Assembly (NCBI GenBank): GCA_013214705.1
Contig: JABSRZ010000006.1
Location: 156,338-220,337 of the forward strand
Source of the DNA: Hyphomicrobiales bacterium
GTDB lineage: Bacteria; Pseudomonadota; Alphaproteobacteria; Rhizobiales; OSC116
Direction of reading: 5' to 3'
DNA length: 64,000 nucleotides
Part shown: positions 1-9,389 of the stretch, in pieces
How positions within the stretch are numbered: position 1 is the first letter of the stretch
How the letters are laid out: the number at the start of each line of letters is the position of its first letter
Translations under genes and position numbers: made by a program
The notes under the pieces: model-generated
What the model was told of the DNA's origin: nothing
What the model saw: the letters and a program-made list of their open reading frames with translations, nothing else
Databases searched by the model: none

Positions 1-1425
1 GGCGGCATGATGCAAAACTTTGGCGAAGGCCCAGAGGCACAGCGCACGTGCGCGGCGGCCGACCGCACTGGCCATGCCATGTTGCACACTTTATATGGCC
101 AAAGCCTGCGTTATGATGCCGAGTTTTTCATCGAATATTTTGCCATTGATTTGATCATGGAAGATGGCGAATGCAAAGGCGTGGTTTGCATTAATATGGA
201 TGATGGCAAAATTCACGTTTTCCGCTCACATGTGGCGATGATGGCAACTGGCGGTTATGGCCGCACATTCTTCTCTTGCACATCAGCTCATACCTGCACT
301 GGCGATGGCAATGCCATGGTATTGCGTGCCGGTTTAGGCTTGCAAGATATGGAATTTGTACAATTTCACCCGACTGGTATTTATGGCGCAGGTTGCCTGA
401 TTACCGAGGGTAGCCGTGGCGAAGGCGGCATATTAATCAATTCCGAAGGCGAACGTTTTATGGAACGTTATGCGCCATCCGCTAAAGATTTGGCTTCTCG
501 CGATGTGGTTTCGCGCGCGATGACCATTGAGATCAGAGAAGGCCGTGGTGTCGGGCCAGATAAAGACCATATTTACCTACATCTAGACCATTTAGACCCA
601 GCTTTATTGGCCGAGCGCCTGCCGGGTATTTCCGAATCGGCCAAAATCTTTGCCGGTGTGGATGTGAATAAAGAGCCGATACCAGTTTTGCCAACCGTGC
701 ATTATAATATGGGCGGCATACCTACCAATTATCATGGTGAGGTGATTAACCCAACCAAAGATGATGCCAATGCAATTGTGCCCGGCCTTATGGCCATTGG
801 CGAAGCGGCTTGTGTTTCGGTTCATGGTGCCAATCGTTTGGGCAGCAACTCACTTATCGACCTAGTGGTGTTTGGCCGCGCGGCGGGTATGCGGGCTGGC
901 GAAACCATTAAACCCAATACCCCACACGCACCGCTTAAAGAGGCTGGGCATGAATATGCACTTGGCCGTTTAGACCATGCAAGGTTTAAAAAAGGCGAAT
1001 TTACCACCGCCGAAATGCGGTTGCGGATGCAAAAGACTATGCAAACCAATTGCGCGGTGTTTAGAGATGGGCCGATATTAGAAGAAGGCGTCAAGCTGAT
1101 TAACGAGATTTGGCAAGACGCCAGCGAAATTTCGGTAACCGACAAAAGCTTAATTTGGAATAGCGACCTGCTCGAATGTCTAGAATTTGACAATCTAATT
1201 AGCCAAGCGGTGGTGACCATGGAAGGCGCGAATAACCGCAAGGAAAGCCGCGGCGGCCATGCGAGAGAAGATTTTCCGGATAGAAATGACAAACAGTGGA
1301 TGAAGCATACATTTGTGACCACCGATGATGTTAAGAAAAAAGTAAAAATTAGCTATCGTCCGGTGCATGATTTCACCATGACCGATGAGATAGATTATAT
1401 CAAACCTAAAAAACGTGTTTATTAA
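1..1425 (+). CDS. sdhA: Succinate dehydrogenase flavoprotein subunit (5' part outside window)
   Basis: Motifs [54 protein letters not shown]; upstream of sdhB. Confidence 0.98.
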   Translation, partial: GGMMQNFGEGPEAQRTCAAADRTGHAMLHTLYGQSLRYDAEFFIEYFAIDLIMEDGECKGVVCINMDDGKIHVFRSHVAMMATGGYGRTFFSCTSAHTCTGDGNAMVLRAGLGLQDMEFVQFHPTGIYGAGCLITEGSRGEGGILINSEGERFMERYAPSAKDLASRDVVSRAMTIEIREGRGVGPDKDHIYLHLDHLDPALLAERLPGISESAKIFAGVDVNKEPIPVLPTVHYNMGGIPTNYHGEVINPTKDDANAIVPGLMAIGEAACVSVHGANRLGSNSLIDLVVFGRAAGMRAGETIKPNTPHAPLKEAGHEYALGRLDHARFKKGEFTTAEMRLRMQKTMQTNCAVFRDGPILEEGVKLINEIWQDASEISVTDKSLIWNSDLLECLEFDNLISQAVVTMEGANNRKESRGGHAREDFPDRNDKQWMKHTFVTTDDVKKKVKISYRPVHDFTMTDEIDYIKPKKRVY

Positions 1426-1437
1426 GGGAGAGAAATT

Positions 1438-2217
1438 ATGGTTGAATTAGCTCTGCCTAACAATTCGGTATTAAAAGGCGGCAAAGATTGGGCGCAAGCC
1501 GAAGCCGCGGGTAATTATAAAAGTTTTAAAGTTTATCGCTGGAATCCAGATGATGGCAAAAACCCAAGTTTAGACACTTATCATGTCGATCTAGACACTT
1601 GTGGCCCCATGGTTTTGGACGCGATTATTAAAATTAAAAGCGAAATTGACCCGACTCTTACCTTTAGGCGCTCGTGCCGAGAAGGCATTTGCGGCTCATG
1701 CGCGATGAATATCGATGGCACCAACACTTTGGCCTGCACCAAAGCCATTGCCGATGTCAAAGGCGAGGTTAAAATTTACCCGCTGCCGCATTTGGAAGTT
1801 ATCAAAGATCTGGTGCCCGATTTAACAAATTTTTACGCCCAACATGCCTCTATCGAACCGTGGCTTAAAACCACAACCGTCGAGCCCGAAAAAGAATGGC
1901 TGCAAAGCCCCAAAGAACGGGCAAAATTAGATGGCCTATATGAGTGTATTTTATGCGCTTGTTGCGCCACATCTTGCCCCAGCTATTGGTGGAATGGCGA
2001 CCGTTATTTAGGCCCAGCTATTTTATTACAAAGCTACAGATGGCTTATCGACAGCCGTGACGAAGCCACCGGCGAACGGTTAGATGATTTGGAAGACCCG
2101 TTTAGACTATACCGCTGCCACACCATTATGAATTGCGCCAAAGCGTGCCCCAAAGGCCTAAACCCCGCCAAAGCCATCGCGTCCATCAAACAAATGATGG
2201 TCGAAAGAAAATATTAA
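1438..2217 (+). CDS. sdhB: Succinate dehydrogenase iron-sulfur subunit
   Basis: [25 protein letters not shown] and [12 protein letters not shown] Fe-S motifs. Confidence 0.98.
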   Translation: MVELALPNNSVLKGGKDWAQAEAAGNYKSFKVYRWNPDDGKNPSLDTYHVDLDTCGPMVLDAIIKIKSEIDPTLTFRRSCREGICGSCAMNIDGTNTLACTKAIADVKGEVKIYPLPHLEVIKDLVPDLTNFYAQHASIEPWLKTTTVEPEKEWLQSPKERAKLDGLYECILCACCATSCPSYWWNGDRYLGPAILLQSYRWLIDSRDEATGERLDDLEDPFRLYRCHTIMNCAKACPKGLNPAKAIASIKQMMVERKY

Positions 2218-2242
2218 AAGCGTTAAAAATTAATATGTTTTC

Positions 2243-2274
2243 AGAGGCGGTGATTATTCCCCGCCTCTTTTTTT
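2243..2274 (+). terminator. Intrinsic terminator of the sdh operon
   Basis: AGAGGCGG...CCGCCTCT stem followed by a T run. Confidence 0.75.
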
Positions 2275-2285
2275 ATGGAGTGATT

Positions 2286-2819
2286 ATGCAATTTACACAG
2301 AGAATAGATGATGAACTGGAATTGGCCTTTTTGCAAATGTCCATGGCCGAAGAGTTTAAGCAACTAGTCGATGACAATCGTGAATATTTGAGCCAATGGA
2401 TGCCGTGGACTAAAGATGCAAATACATTAGCAGATACTGAAAAATTTATTAAAGACAGTATTGCAGGCTTTAAAGACCAAAAAACCATAAATGTGGTGAT
2501 AGTTTATAACGGCAAAATAGTTGGCATTACCGGCTATAATAGCATTCTCCCCGAAGTTAAAAAAGTGGCCATCGGCTATTGGCTGGCGGCTGAATGCCAA
2601 GGCAAAGGCATCATGACCCGCTGTGTTAAATATCTAATTCAAAACGCGTTTGATAATATGGGCATGGAAAAAGTCGAAATTGAAGCGGCGGTCGAAAATA
2701 AACTCAGCCGCGCGGTGATAGAACGTGTCGGCGGCACGTTAGAAGGCATTATCAAGAATGCTGAAAACCTGCACGGCAAAATTGTCGACCACGCGGTTTA
2801 CGGGGTATATAAGGCCTAA
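2286..2819 (+). CDS. RimJ/RimL-type GNAT N-acetyltransferase
   Basis: IGYWL..CQGKGIMT and N..SRAVIERVG motifs; ATG 2286 preceded by GGAG. Confidence 0.9.
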   Translation: MQFTQRIDDELELAFLQMSMAEEFKQLVDDNREYLSQWMPWTKDANTLADTEKFIKDSIAGFKDQKTINVVIVYNGKIVGITGYNSILPEVKKVAIGYWLAAECQGKGIMTRCVKYLIQNAFDNMGMEKVEIEAAVENKLSRAVIERVGGTLEGIIKNAENLHGKIVDHAVYGVYKA

Positions 2820-2850
2820 AATTCTGGTCCTACGCATCCACACACCGATT

Positions 2851-2897
2851 GGCACGTTGCATTGAAACGGGGGGGGGGTAGATAGTTGGGTTGAGTT
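2851..2897. repeat. Degenerate remnant of repeat family A (3' module)
   Basis: GGCACGTTG matches 22802 and 47372; GGGTAGATAGTTGGGTTGAG resembles the reverse complement of 22367-22386; contains a G10 run. Confidence 0.35.
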
Positions 2898-2902
2898 TTT
2901 GG

Positions 2903-3373
2903 CTACCCACGCACAATTTTGCAGGCGAAGCAGGTGTAGGATGCTGAGCGCAAATGCACATAATCGCAATCATCATCTTGCAATATTTTTGCCACGGCAA
3001 CTTCTATATCTGCTGTGGCCACGCGCTGGCCTGTGCCGTATATTATGGCTTTGGTGGTTTTGCTGTAGCCGCGCATCATATAATATTCGCGCTGCAAAAA
3101 GCTTGGCGGCATGCCGGCTGCTTTAAAGGCTTCACAGGCATTGGCGTGCAAAAATATCGGCCCCACTTCGGCATAGGCATGCTGGGTTTCAAACGGGCTA
3201 TAGGCGAGGGTAAAAAACTCATCACCTCTGGCGATATCTGCCAAACAATGGCGGCAGGGCATGCCGCCTCCATCGGATATTTGTTTTATCGGCATTCGCT
3301 CGTGAGCATCTAAGCCGCCATTGATGAGTTGCTCATATCGCTCGGTCGGTATCGGTGTAAATTTTAGTTTCAT
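2903..3373 (-). CDS. DUF1203 family protein
   Basis: PCRHCL, LAYSPF, YAEVGPIFLHA..C, YVHLRSA..CFAC motifs. Confidence 0.85.
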   Translation of the reverse strand: MKLKFTPIPTERYEQLINGGLDAHERMPIKQISDGGGMPCRHCLADIARGDEFFTLAYSPFETQHAYAEVGPIFLHANACEAFKAAGMPPSFLQREYYMMRGYSKTTKAIIYGTGQRVATADIEVAVAKILQDDDCDYVHLRSASYTCFACKIVRG

Positions 3374-3432
3374 AAGGTCCTCCAGTTGATAGAGGCATAA
3401 ATGATTATTCACACAATACGACCCGATATTGG

Positions 3433-4008
3433 TTATAAAACCGAAATACCGGTAAAATACGGATGTGCCAAGCCGATGGCGCTATAGGCCACAATGCCCA
3501 CAATCAGTGCGATGCCATCACTTTTAATTCTATATGCCGTTTCTGGCGGCTGATGGTGGCGTTTAAAAAACAGGCCAATGAATGCATAAATTAAAAACCC
3601 GCCGAACAATATCACACTATGCACATCGCCATTGGCCAGCAAATGCCCAAACGCCCAAATGGCCGTGCCAGCTAGGGCAGGGGCCTTGACAATGCGTTTC
3701 ATATGGCCGTTAAAACCTTCAGATGCCACCAGCCACAGCGCGATTAACATAATGGCTTGGTTAAAATTCGCGGCCCACAAAGCTGGTTGGTAAAGCGGAG
3801 CAAAATCACGCTCATAATAGCCGTATATAATCAAAGCTACCGCTAAGCTAGAGCCTATTGCATGCATAGTTATGAAGCCTTTGCGGCCAATTTTGTCTAA
3901 TATATCACTGCGCCAGCTTGGTTTGGCCGATGCCAAATGGGTGAGGTTAAAAACCACAATCCCGGCGGTTAATATTAGCAGCTTCAAAGTTTCCATAATC
4001 GCAGTCAT
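3433..4008 (-). CDS. NnrU family membrane protein
   Basis: WAFGHLLANGD..S..LFGGF motif; several hydrophobic segments. Confidence 0.8.
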   Translation of the reverse strand: MTAIMETLKLLILTAGIVVFNLTHLASAKPSWRSDILDKIGRKGFITMHAIGSSLAVALIIYGYYERDFAPLYQPALWAANFNQAIMLIALWLVASEGFNGHMKRIVKAPALAGTAIWAFGHLLANGDVHSVILFGGFLIYAFIGLFFKRHHQPPETAYRIKSDGIALIVGIVAYSAIGLAHPYFTGISVL

Positions 4009-4079
4009 AACATAATTTCAATTGTAATCATGCGGTTTTTGGTTAGGCTACAATTCTATGGCAAATAAGAGGGTGAAAA

Positions 4080-4706
4080 ATGAGCGAATATAAATTATAT
4101 GGTTTTGGACAGTCTGGCCATAGTTACAAAGTGGCCCTCATGTTAGAGCTTTTAGGCGTTGATTGGACGTTAGAAAAAATAGATTTTTTTAAAGGCGAAA
4201 CCCGCTCAGATGAATATCGCAGTAATGTCAACGAAATGGGCGAAGCTCCAGTTTTGGTGGCAGATGGCGAAAAAATGACTCAATCCGGCGTGATACTCGA
4301 TTATTTGGCCGATAAACATGGCAAATTTGGCGGTCAAACCGCGGCAGAAAAACGCGAAATTTGGCGTTGGATATTATATGACAACCATAAAGTAAGTTCA
4401 CAAGTGGGTGGCTATCGCTTTATGATTGGTATTAAAAAAATGGCCGAAAATGACGTCACTAAATTTCTAAAAAGTAAATATAGTGATGCATTATCTGTAA
4501 TGAATAAACATTTAGACGGTCAAGATTTCTTTGTCGCCAACCGCCCGACTATCGCCGATTTTTCACTATGTAGTTATTTGTTTTTTGCCGATGAATTTGG
4601 CGAGACATTTGAAGATTATCCAAATATCCAAAGATGGCTAAACAATATTAAAGCCCTCAAAGGCTGGCAGCACCCTTATGATTTAATGCCCAAAGCCGAA
4701 CTTTAA
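4080..4706 (+). CDS. Glutathione S-transferase family protein
   Basis: SGHSYKVALML, NEMGEAPVL, QSGVIL, PTIADFS. Confidence 0.92.
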   Translation: MSEYKLYGFGQSGHSYKVALMLELLGVDWTLEKIDFFKGETRSDEYRSNVNEMGEAPVLVADGEKMTQSGVILDYLADKHGKFGGQTAAEKREIWRWILYDNHKVSSQVGGYRFMIGIKKMAENDVTKFLKSKYSDALSVMNKHLDGQDFFVANRPTIADFSLCSYLFFADEFGETFEDYPNIQRWLNNIKALKGWQHPYDLMPKAEL

Positions 4707-4719
4707 CCAAGAGACATAA

Positions 4720-5667
4720 ATGCCTAAATTAGATGCGATATACAGCCAAAACCCATTGGATAGGCTAGACCAAACGCGCGGCAATAAAGCCGATTTTGAA
4801 ACCCGCCGCGCGCTTAAAAATAGTGTGTTTATATTGGTAAGCGCCAATGAATTGATTGTGCATAATCAGCTCGATTGCGAGTTTTCTAATGCGCAATTGG
4901 TGGAGTATGACTTTAATGTCAATGACGCTGTGCTGTTAGGCGCGCTAGATGGGGTTAATTATTTCGCCATTTCGTTGGTCGATGGCGGGGCGGCTAACCC
5001 CAACATTGCCACACGAGATGATGAAGGCAACTTTTCAGCCGAGCCGCTGCGCAAATTTCCAACGCGCTTATTTACCGAAAAAGGTCATTATCCGACCGAA
5101 AAATTGGGCATTTTGGCGCAAGCGGCGTCGGTGCTTAACTGGCATGCATCACATACCCATTGCGCCAGTTGTGGCGAGTTAACAAACATTGCCCATAGTG
5201 GTTGGCGGCGCGATTGCCCGCGCGCCGCCTGTGGCAAGCAGCATTTTCCGCGGGTTGACCCGGTGGTGATTATGTTGGTAACCTATGGCGATCAATGCTT
5301 GTTAGGCCGCGGCCATCAATTTTCCACCCACCGCTATAGCTGCCTTGCGGGGTTTGTCGAAAGTGGCGAAACCATAGAAGCAGCCGCGCGGCGCGAATTG
5401 TTTGAAGAAGCTGGCATTATTGGCGGCGATACCCATTATTTGCTCAACCAACCATGGCCGTTCCCCTCAACTTTAATGTTTGGCATGCATGTTGAGGCCA
5501 AAGGGCAACAGCTGAATATAGATTATAATGAAATAGCCGACGCGATATGGGTCGATAAGTCTGAGGTGATTAAAGTGCTGAATGGCGATGAAAGTTTGCC
5601 CTTCCTGCTGCCACCGTCTGTCGCCATTGCCCGCAATTTGCTAGAAATTTGGGTCGGCCAAGCCTAA
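4720..5667 (+). CDS. nudC: NAD(+)/NADH diphosphatase
   Basis: Zn ribbon C..CG...C....C, FPRVDPVVIM, Nudix box GFVESGETIEAAARRELFEEAG, QPWPFPSTLM. Confidence 0.93.
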   Translation: MPKLDAIYSQNPLDRLDQTRGNKADFETRRALKNSVFILVSANELIVHNQLDCEFSNAQLVEYDFNVNDAVLLGALDGVNYFAISLVDGGAANPNIATRDDEGNFSAEPLRKFPTRLFTEKGHYPTEKLGILAQAASVLNWHASHTHCASCGELTNIAHSGWRRDCPRAACGKQHFPRVDPVVIMLVTYGDQCLLGRGHQFSTHRYSCLAGFVESGETIEAAARRELFEEAGIIGGDTHYLLNQPWPFPSTLMFGMHVEAKGQQLNIDYNEIADAIWVDKSEVIKVLNGDESLPFLLPPSVAIARNLLEIWVGQA

Positions 5668-5762
5668 TGTTTCACAAATATGTGATGGGTTGCGACAATA
5701 AGTCATTTGGTTTTTGCGCAAAATTCGGGCATATTTGCAGCAATTGCATCTAAGGAGCTTTC

Positions 5763-6137
5763 ATGGGTAATTTTTTAAAATCGGCCTCTCTGTCTATTAT
5801 TTTACTGTTTAGCGTCGCCACTAGCCAAGCGGCAGAATTGCTGATGTTTGAACATGTTGGCTGTGTGGTGTGCAAAAAGTTTAAAGCCGAAATGTTGCCC
5901 AAATATCTAACCAGCAAATATGCCAAAGAAATGCCCATTCGCTCAATTGTTGCGGGCGATGACGCGGCCTATGAAGGCATTACCCTTAAAAGCTACCCGT
6001 TTTATTATTCACCAACATTTATTTTGGTAGAAGATAATAAAGAACTGGTGCGCATACGTGGGTTTGGCGGCGAAGAGCTATTCTGGCAACAGATTGCCAA
6101 TATCTATGCCAACCACAAACATAAATTTAAGAGTTAA
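5763..6137 (+). CDS. SoxS-like periplasmic thioredoxin-fold protein
   Basis: Signal peptide ending SQA; AELLMFE..GCVVC, SPTFIL, RI.G..GEELFW resembling Paracoccus SoxS. Confidence 0.75.
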   Translation: MGNFLKSASLSIILLFSVATSQAAELLMFEHVGCVVCKKFKAEMLPKYLTSKYAKEMPIRSIVAGDDAAYEGITLKSYPFYYSPTFILVEDNKELVRIRGFGGEELFWQQIANIYANHKHKFKS

Positions 6138-6139
6138 AT

Positions 6140-6919
6140 ATGCTAACAATTTCCTATTTAGGGGCTTTTTTTGCGGGCTTAATTAGTTTCCTCTCGCCTT
6201 GCGTTTTGCCCATAATTCCGCCCTATATGTGCTTTTTGGCCGGCAAAAGCCTTGGCGATCTAACTGCGGAGGTTAATGTCGAAGGCGGTGATGTCGAAGC
6301 TGGTGGTGTTGCGGTGGCAAAGGCCGATAACCTAACGCGGCAACTGGCATGGCGCTCATTTGCGTTTGTTTTGGGTTTTTCGACGGTGTTTATATTGCTG
6401 GGCGCGACCGCCACAATTTTGGGCCAAATCGTTCAAGATTATTTCGTTATTTTAAGCCAAATTGCTGGCGCGGCCATCATTATAATGGGCATTCACTTTT
6501 TGGGCATCATTAGGATACCGTTTTTAATGGCCGAAAAACGCTATTATAGCGACCAAAAACCAACTGGGTTTTTAAGCGCTTATGTCATTGGTTTGGCATT
6601 TGCCTTTGGCTGGACACCTTGTGTCGGGCCTATTTTGGCGACCATTTTGGCGATAGCCAGCCAAGAACAATCGACATTTACCGGCATGGCGTTGCTCGGC
6701 ACTTATTCGCTGGGTTTGGGCATACCGTTCATGCTTGCCGCTCTGTTCCTAAAACCATTCCTAAATTTCATGCAAAAATTTCGCAAACATTTAGGCATTG
6801 TCGAAAAAATCATGGGCGTTCTGCTCATCCTCACCGGCATCATGTTCCTCACCGGCTACATCGCCACCATGTCATATTGGCTGTTGGAGACATTCCCGGT
6901 TTTCAATAGTATAGGCTAA
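6140..6919 (+). CDS. ccdA: CcdA/SoxV-type membrane thiol-disulfide electron transporter
   Basis: SFLSPCVLP and AFGWTPCVGPIL motifs. Confidence 0.9.
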   Translation: MLTISYLGAFFAGLISFLSPCVLPIIPPYMCFLAGKSLGDLTAEVNVEGGDVEAGGVAVAKADNLTRQLAWRSFAFVLGFSTVFILLGATATILGQIVQDYFVILSQIAGAAIIIMGIHFLGIIRIPFLMAEKRYYSDQKPTGFLSAYVIGLAFAFGWTPCVGPILATILAIASQEQSTFTGMALLGTYSLGLGIPFMLAALFLKPFLNFMQKFRKHLGIVEKIMGVLLILTGIMFLTGYIATMSYWLLETFPVFNSIG

Positions 6920-6935
6920 AATGCGGTGCATTTTT

Positions 6936-7030
6936 GCTTAACACTGCGTGCGTTCGCTCCGCTCTCTCGCTACGCCTAATGGCGGCCTCAGTCGGCAAGT
7001 TCGCCAATAAATTGGCTCGCCTTTTTTCCC
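6936..7030. repeat. Repeat family A, module X
   Basis: Near-identical to 29311-29410; homologous to 47242-47317 and, inverted, to 47431-47518. Confidence 0.9.
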
Positions 7031-7042
7031 ACGAAATTCGGC

Positions 7043-7299
7043 AATTTTGTGCTGAGTGTTCGTCTGCCCCCAAGCACCCCTGCGATTCGACGAGTGCGCC
7101 AGAAGCCGCAAGGTAAACTCTGAGGCCAACGCGCGGAGGCTAGAGAGCGTAGCGAACGCACGCAAGTGTCAACAGTGAAAGAGGCGAAGCCGAAAGAACG
7201 TATAAATGCAAACTTCCAGAGCCTCAGCAGGAGCGCTAACTGTCTATGTCTTAGCAGCGTTATAGTCTGGCTCACTGGTCGAAAATCCAGCACAAAATT
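7043..7299. mobile_element. Full-length MITE-like element (family A) with 12-bp terminal inverted repeats
   Basis: AATTTTGTGCTG (7043-7054) and CAGCACAAAATT (7288-7299); internal homology to copies at 22.4, 22.6, 46.0, 47.0 and 47.1 kb; no credible coding capacity. Confidence 0.7.
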
Positions 7300-7436
7300 T
7301 CATCATCACTGCTATTCAACAAACTCTGCGGTGGTGCTCCTGAAAATATGGATTATTATTTTTACTTATATTCACCGCTTGCATTTGGGGCATAATCGTT
7401 TAATTTTCGAACCAATATTAATCGGAGTTTGGACAA

Positions 7437-8747
7437 ATGAGTTTACTTGAGATTTTGGCGTTATTGCTTGGGCTGTCGGCGTTATTTGGCTATATAAATC
7501 ATCGGTTTTTTAAATTGCCACATTCCATTGGGTTGATGATAATGGCCTTGTTGGCTTCGGGCATCATTGTCAGTATAGATTATGTTTTGCCGCAATATCA
7601 CATCAGCGCGACCATCAAATCTGCGCTGGTGCAAATCGATTTTCATGATGTGGTGATGAACGGCATGTTGAGTGTATTGTTATTTGCCGGCGCGGTGCAT
7701 GTAGACCTGTCAGATTTGGCCGAAAGAAAATACCCAATCGCGCTGATGGCCAGTGTTGGCTTGCTGATATCGACTTTTTTCATCGGCACCAGCGTATTTT
7801 ATGTGTTGCAATGGGCAGGTTTTGGTATCCCGTATATTTGGGCATTGCTATTTGGCGCGCTGATTAGCCCGACAGATCCGGTCGCGGTGTTGGGGATATT
7901 AAAAGCCGTTAGCATTCCCAAAGGGCTTAAGGCCAAAATCACTGGCGAAAGCCTGTTTAATGATGGCATCGGCGTGGTGGTATTTGTTATTCTGCTGTCA
8001 ATTGCTGCGCCATCAAGTGGCCATAGTGCCGATATTTCGGTGCTGCAAGTGGCCATTGTGTTTGCTCAAGAAGCCATAGGCGGCGCGGTTTTGGGCATCG
8101 TTGGCGGCTATATCGCGTTTTACGCCATGCGCAAAATTGATGAGCATAATATAGAGGTGATGATAACCTTGGCTTTGGTCGCCGGCATTTATGCCATCGC
8201 CATTCGCTTGCACACCAGCGGGCCGTTGGCTGTGGTTGTGGCTGGCTTGTTTATTGGCAACCACGGTGCGCGTTTTGCCATGAGCGAAAATACCCGCAAA
8301 CATGTATTTCAGTTTTGGGAACTGTTAGACGAAATTTTCAATTCGATTCTATTCTTGCTCATCGGCCTCGAAATTTTGATCATTGCGGCTTATTACGATT
8401 ATCTGCTCATCGCGCTCATCACCATTCCGATTGTATTATTGGGGCGGTTTATTGGGGTGGTTGTGCCCATAAATGTGCTAAAACTAAACCTCAAATTCTC
8501 CAAAGGTGCAGTGCGTTTTCTCACATGGGGCGGATTGCGCGGGGGCATAAGTGTGGCTTTGGTGCTGTCATTGCCGGACAATGAATATAAACCCATATTG
8601 CTGATGCTGACCTATATAACCGTGTTATTTTCGATCATTGTGCAAGGGCTTAGCATTGCCCCACTGGCGCGTTATGTGGCAAAATTAAATGCACCACAAA
8701 TTGCCGAAATTAAAAATGATGAGCCATCTGGTTCAAACCCTGAGTGA
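7437..8747 (+). CDS. CPA1 family Na+/H+ antiporter (NhaP-like)
   Basis: LISPTDPVAV, GESLFNDG and WGGLRGG motifs. Confidence 0.93.
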   Translation: MSLLEILALLLGLSALFGYINHRFFKLPHSIGLMIMALLASGIIVSIDYVLPQYHISATIKSALVQIDFHDVVMNGMLSVLLFAGAVHVDLSDLAERKYPIALMASVGLLISTFFIGTSVFYVLQWAGFGIPYIWALLFGALISPTDPVAVLGILKAVSIPKGLKAKITGESLFNDGIGVVVFVILLSIAAPSSGHSADISVLQVAIVFAQEAIGGAVLGIVGGYIAFYAMRKIDEHNIEVMITLALVAGIYAIAIRLHTSGPLAVVVAGLFIGNHGARFAMSENTRKHVFQFWELLDEIFNSILFLLIGLEILIIAAYYDYLLIALITIPIVLLGRFIGVVVPINVLKLNLKFSKGAVRFLTWGGLRGGISVALVLSLPDNEYKPILLMLTYITVLFSIIVQGLSIAPLARYVAKLNAPQIAEIKNDEPSGSNPE

Positions 8748-8768
8748 TGCAAATTTTTGGGCTAGTCA

Positions 8769-9389
8769 TTAGACCAATTTGTTTTCAATGGCATATTTAA
8801 TCATATCGGCGGTGTTGTTTAGCCCCAATTTGCTGCGTATATTGCGGCGGTGAGTTTCGACTGTGCGCGGCGATATTTTTATTTCCAAAGCTATTTTTTT
8901 GGTGGTTTGGCCAGAGGCAATGCGCTTTAGAATGATCAATTCTTGGGTGGTTATATCCGAATTGAACTGATTTTTTTGGTTTAATGCGGTTTCTGCCACG
9001 CTGGACGAATAATAGACCCCGCCTTTATGGATAATTTTAATCGCCATTTCTATTTCTTCGCTCGAAACATCTTTGGTTATATAGCCTTTTGCGCCCAAGG
9101 CAGTGCATTTATGTACATATTCGGATGAGCTATGCATGCTTAGCATGAGTGGTTTTACGGCAATTTTTTGTTGTTTTATGGCTTTCAGCAGCCGCAACCC
9201 GCCCATTTCTGGCATATTAATGTCGACCAAAATCACGTCTGGAACTTGGTCTTGCATATATTGCAGGGCTTCAATGCCATTGGCCACGTAACTAATTTGC
9301 TCAAATGTGGCGTAAAGGCCTAAACACTTGGCCAAGCCTTCTGCCACCACTTCATGATCATCAGCAATTAATAAATGTATCCCACTCAT
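8769..9389 (-). CDS. NarL/LuxR family response regulator
   Basis: Receiver domain (ADDH, VDINMP) plus LuxR HTH (ISPRTVETHRRNI..KL). Confidence 0.93.
   Translation of the reverse strand: MSGIHLLIADDHEVVAEGLAKCLGLYATFEQISYVANGIEALQYMQDQVPDVILVDINMPEMGGLRLLKAIKQQKIAVKPLMLSMHSSSEYVHKCTALGAKGYITKDVSSEEIEMAIKIIHKGGVYYSSSVAETALNQKNQFNSDITTQELIILKRIASGQTTKKIALEIKISPRTVETHRRNIRSKLGLNNTADMIKYAIENKLV

Noticed and set aside
2869-2878. G10 homopolymer as a phase-variation switch
   Set aside because: It lies between two convergent 3' ends, outside any promoter or CDS.
6936-7030. Module X as an integron attC site (starts GCTTAAC/GCCTAAC = RYYYAAC)
   Set aside because: No complementary GTTRRRY core at the far end, no cassette array, and the only tyrosine recombinase in the window looks like ordinary XerC.
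6934-7450. Short ORFs overlying repeats here and at 14324-14691, 22243-22879, 46076-46274 and 46868-47346
   Set aside because: They are translations of palindromic repeats (recurring AFIRS/ERINA peptides) with no RBS and no conserved frame between copies.
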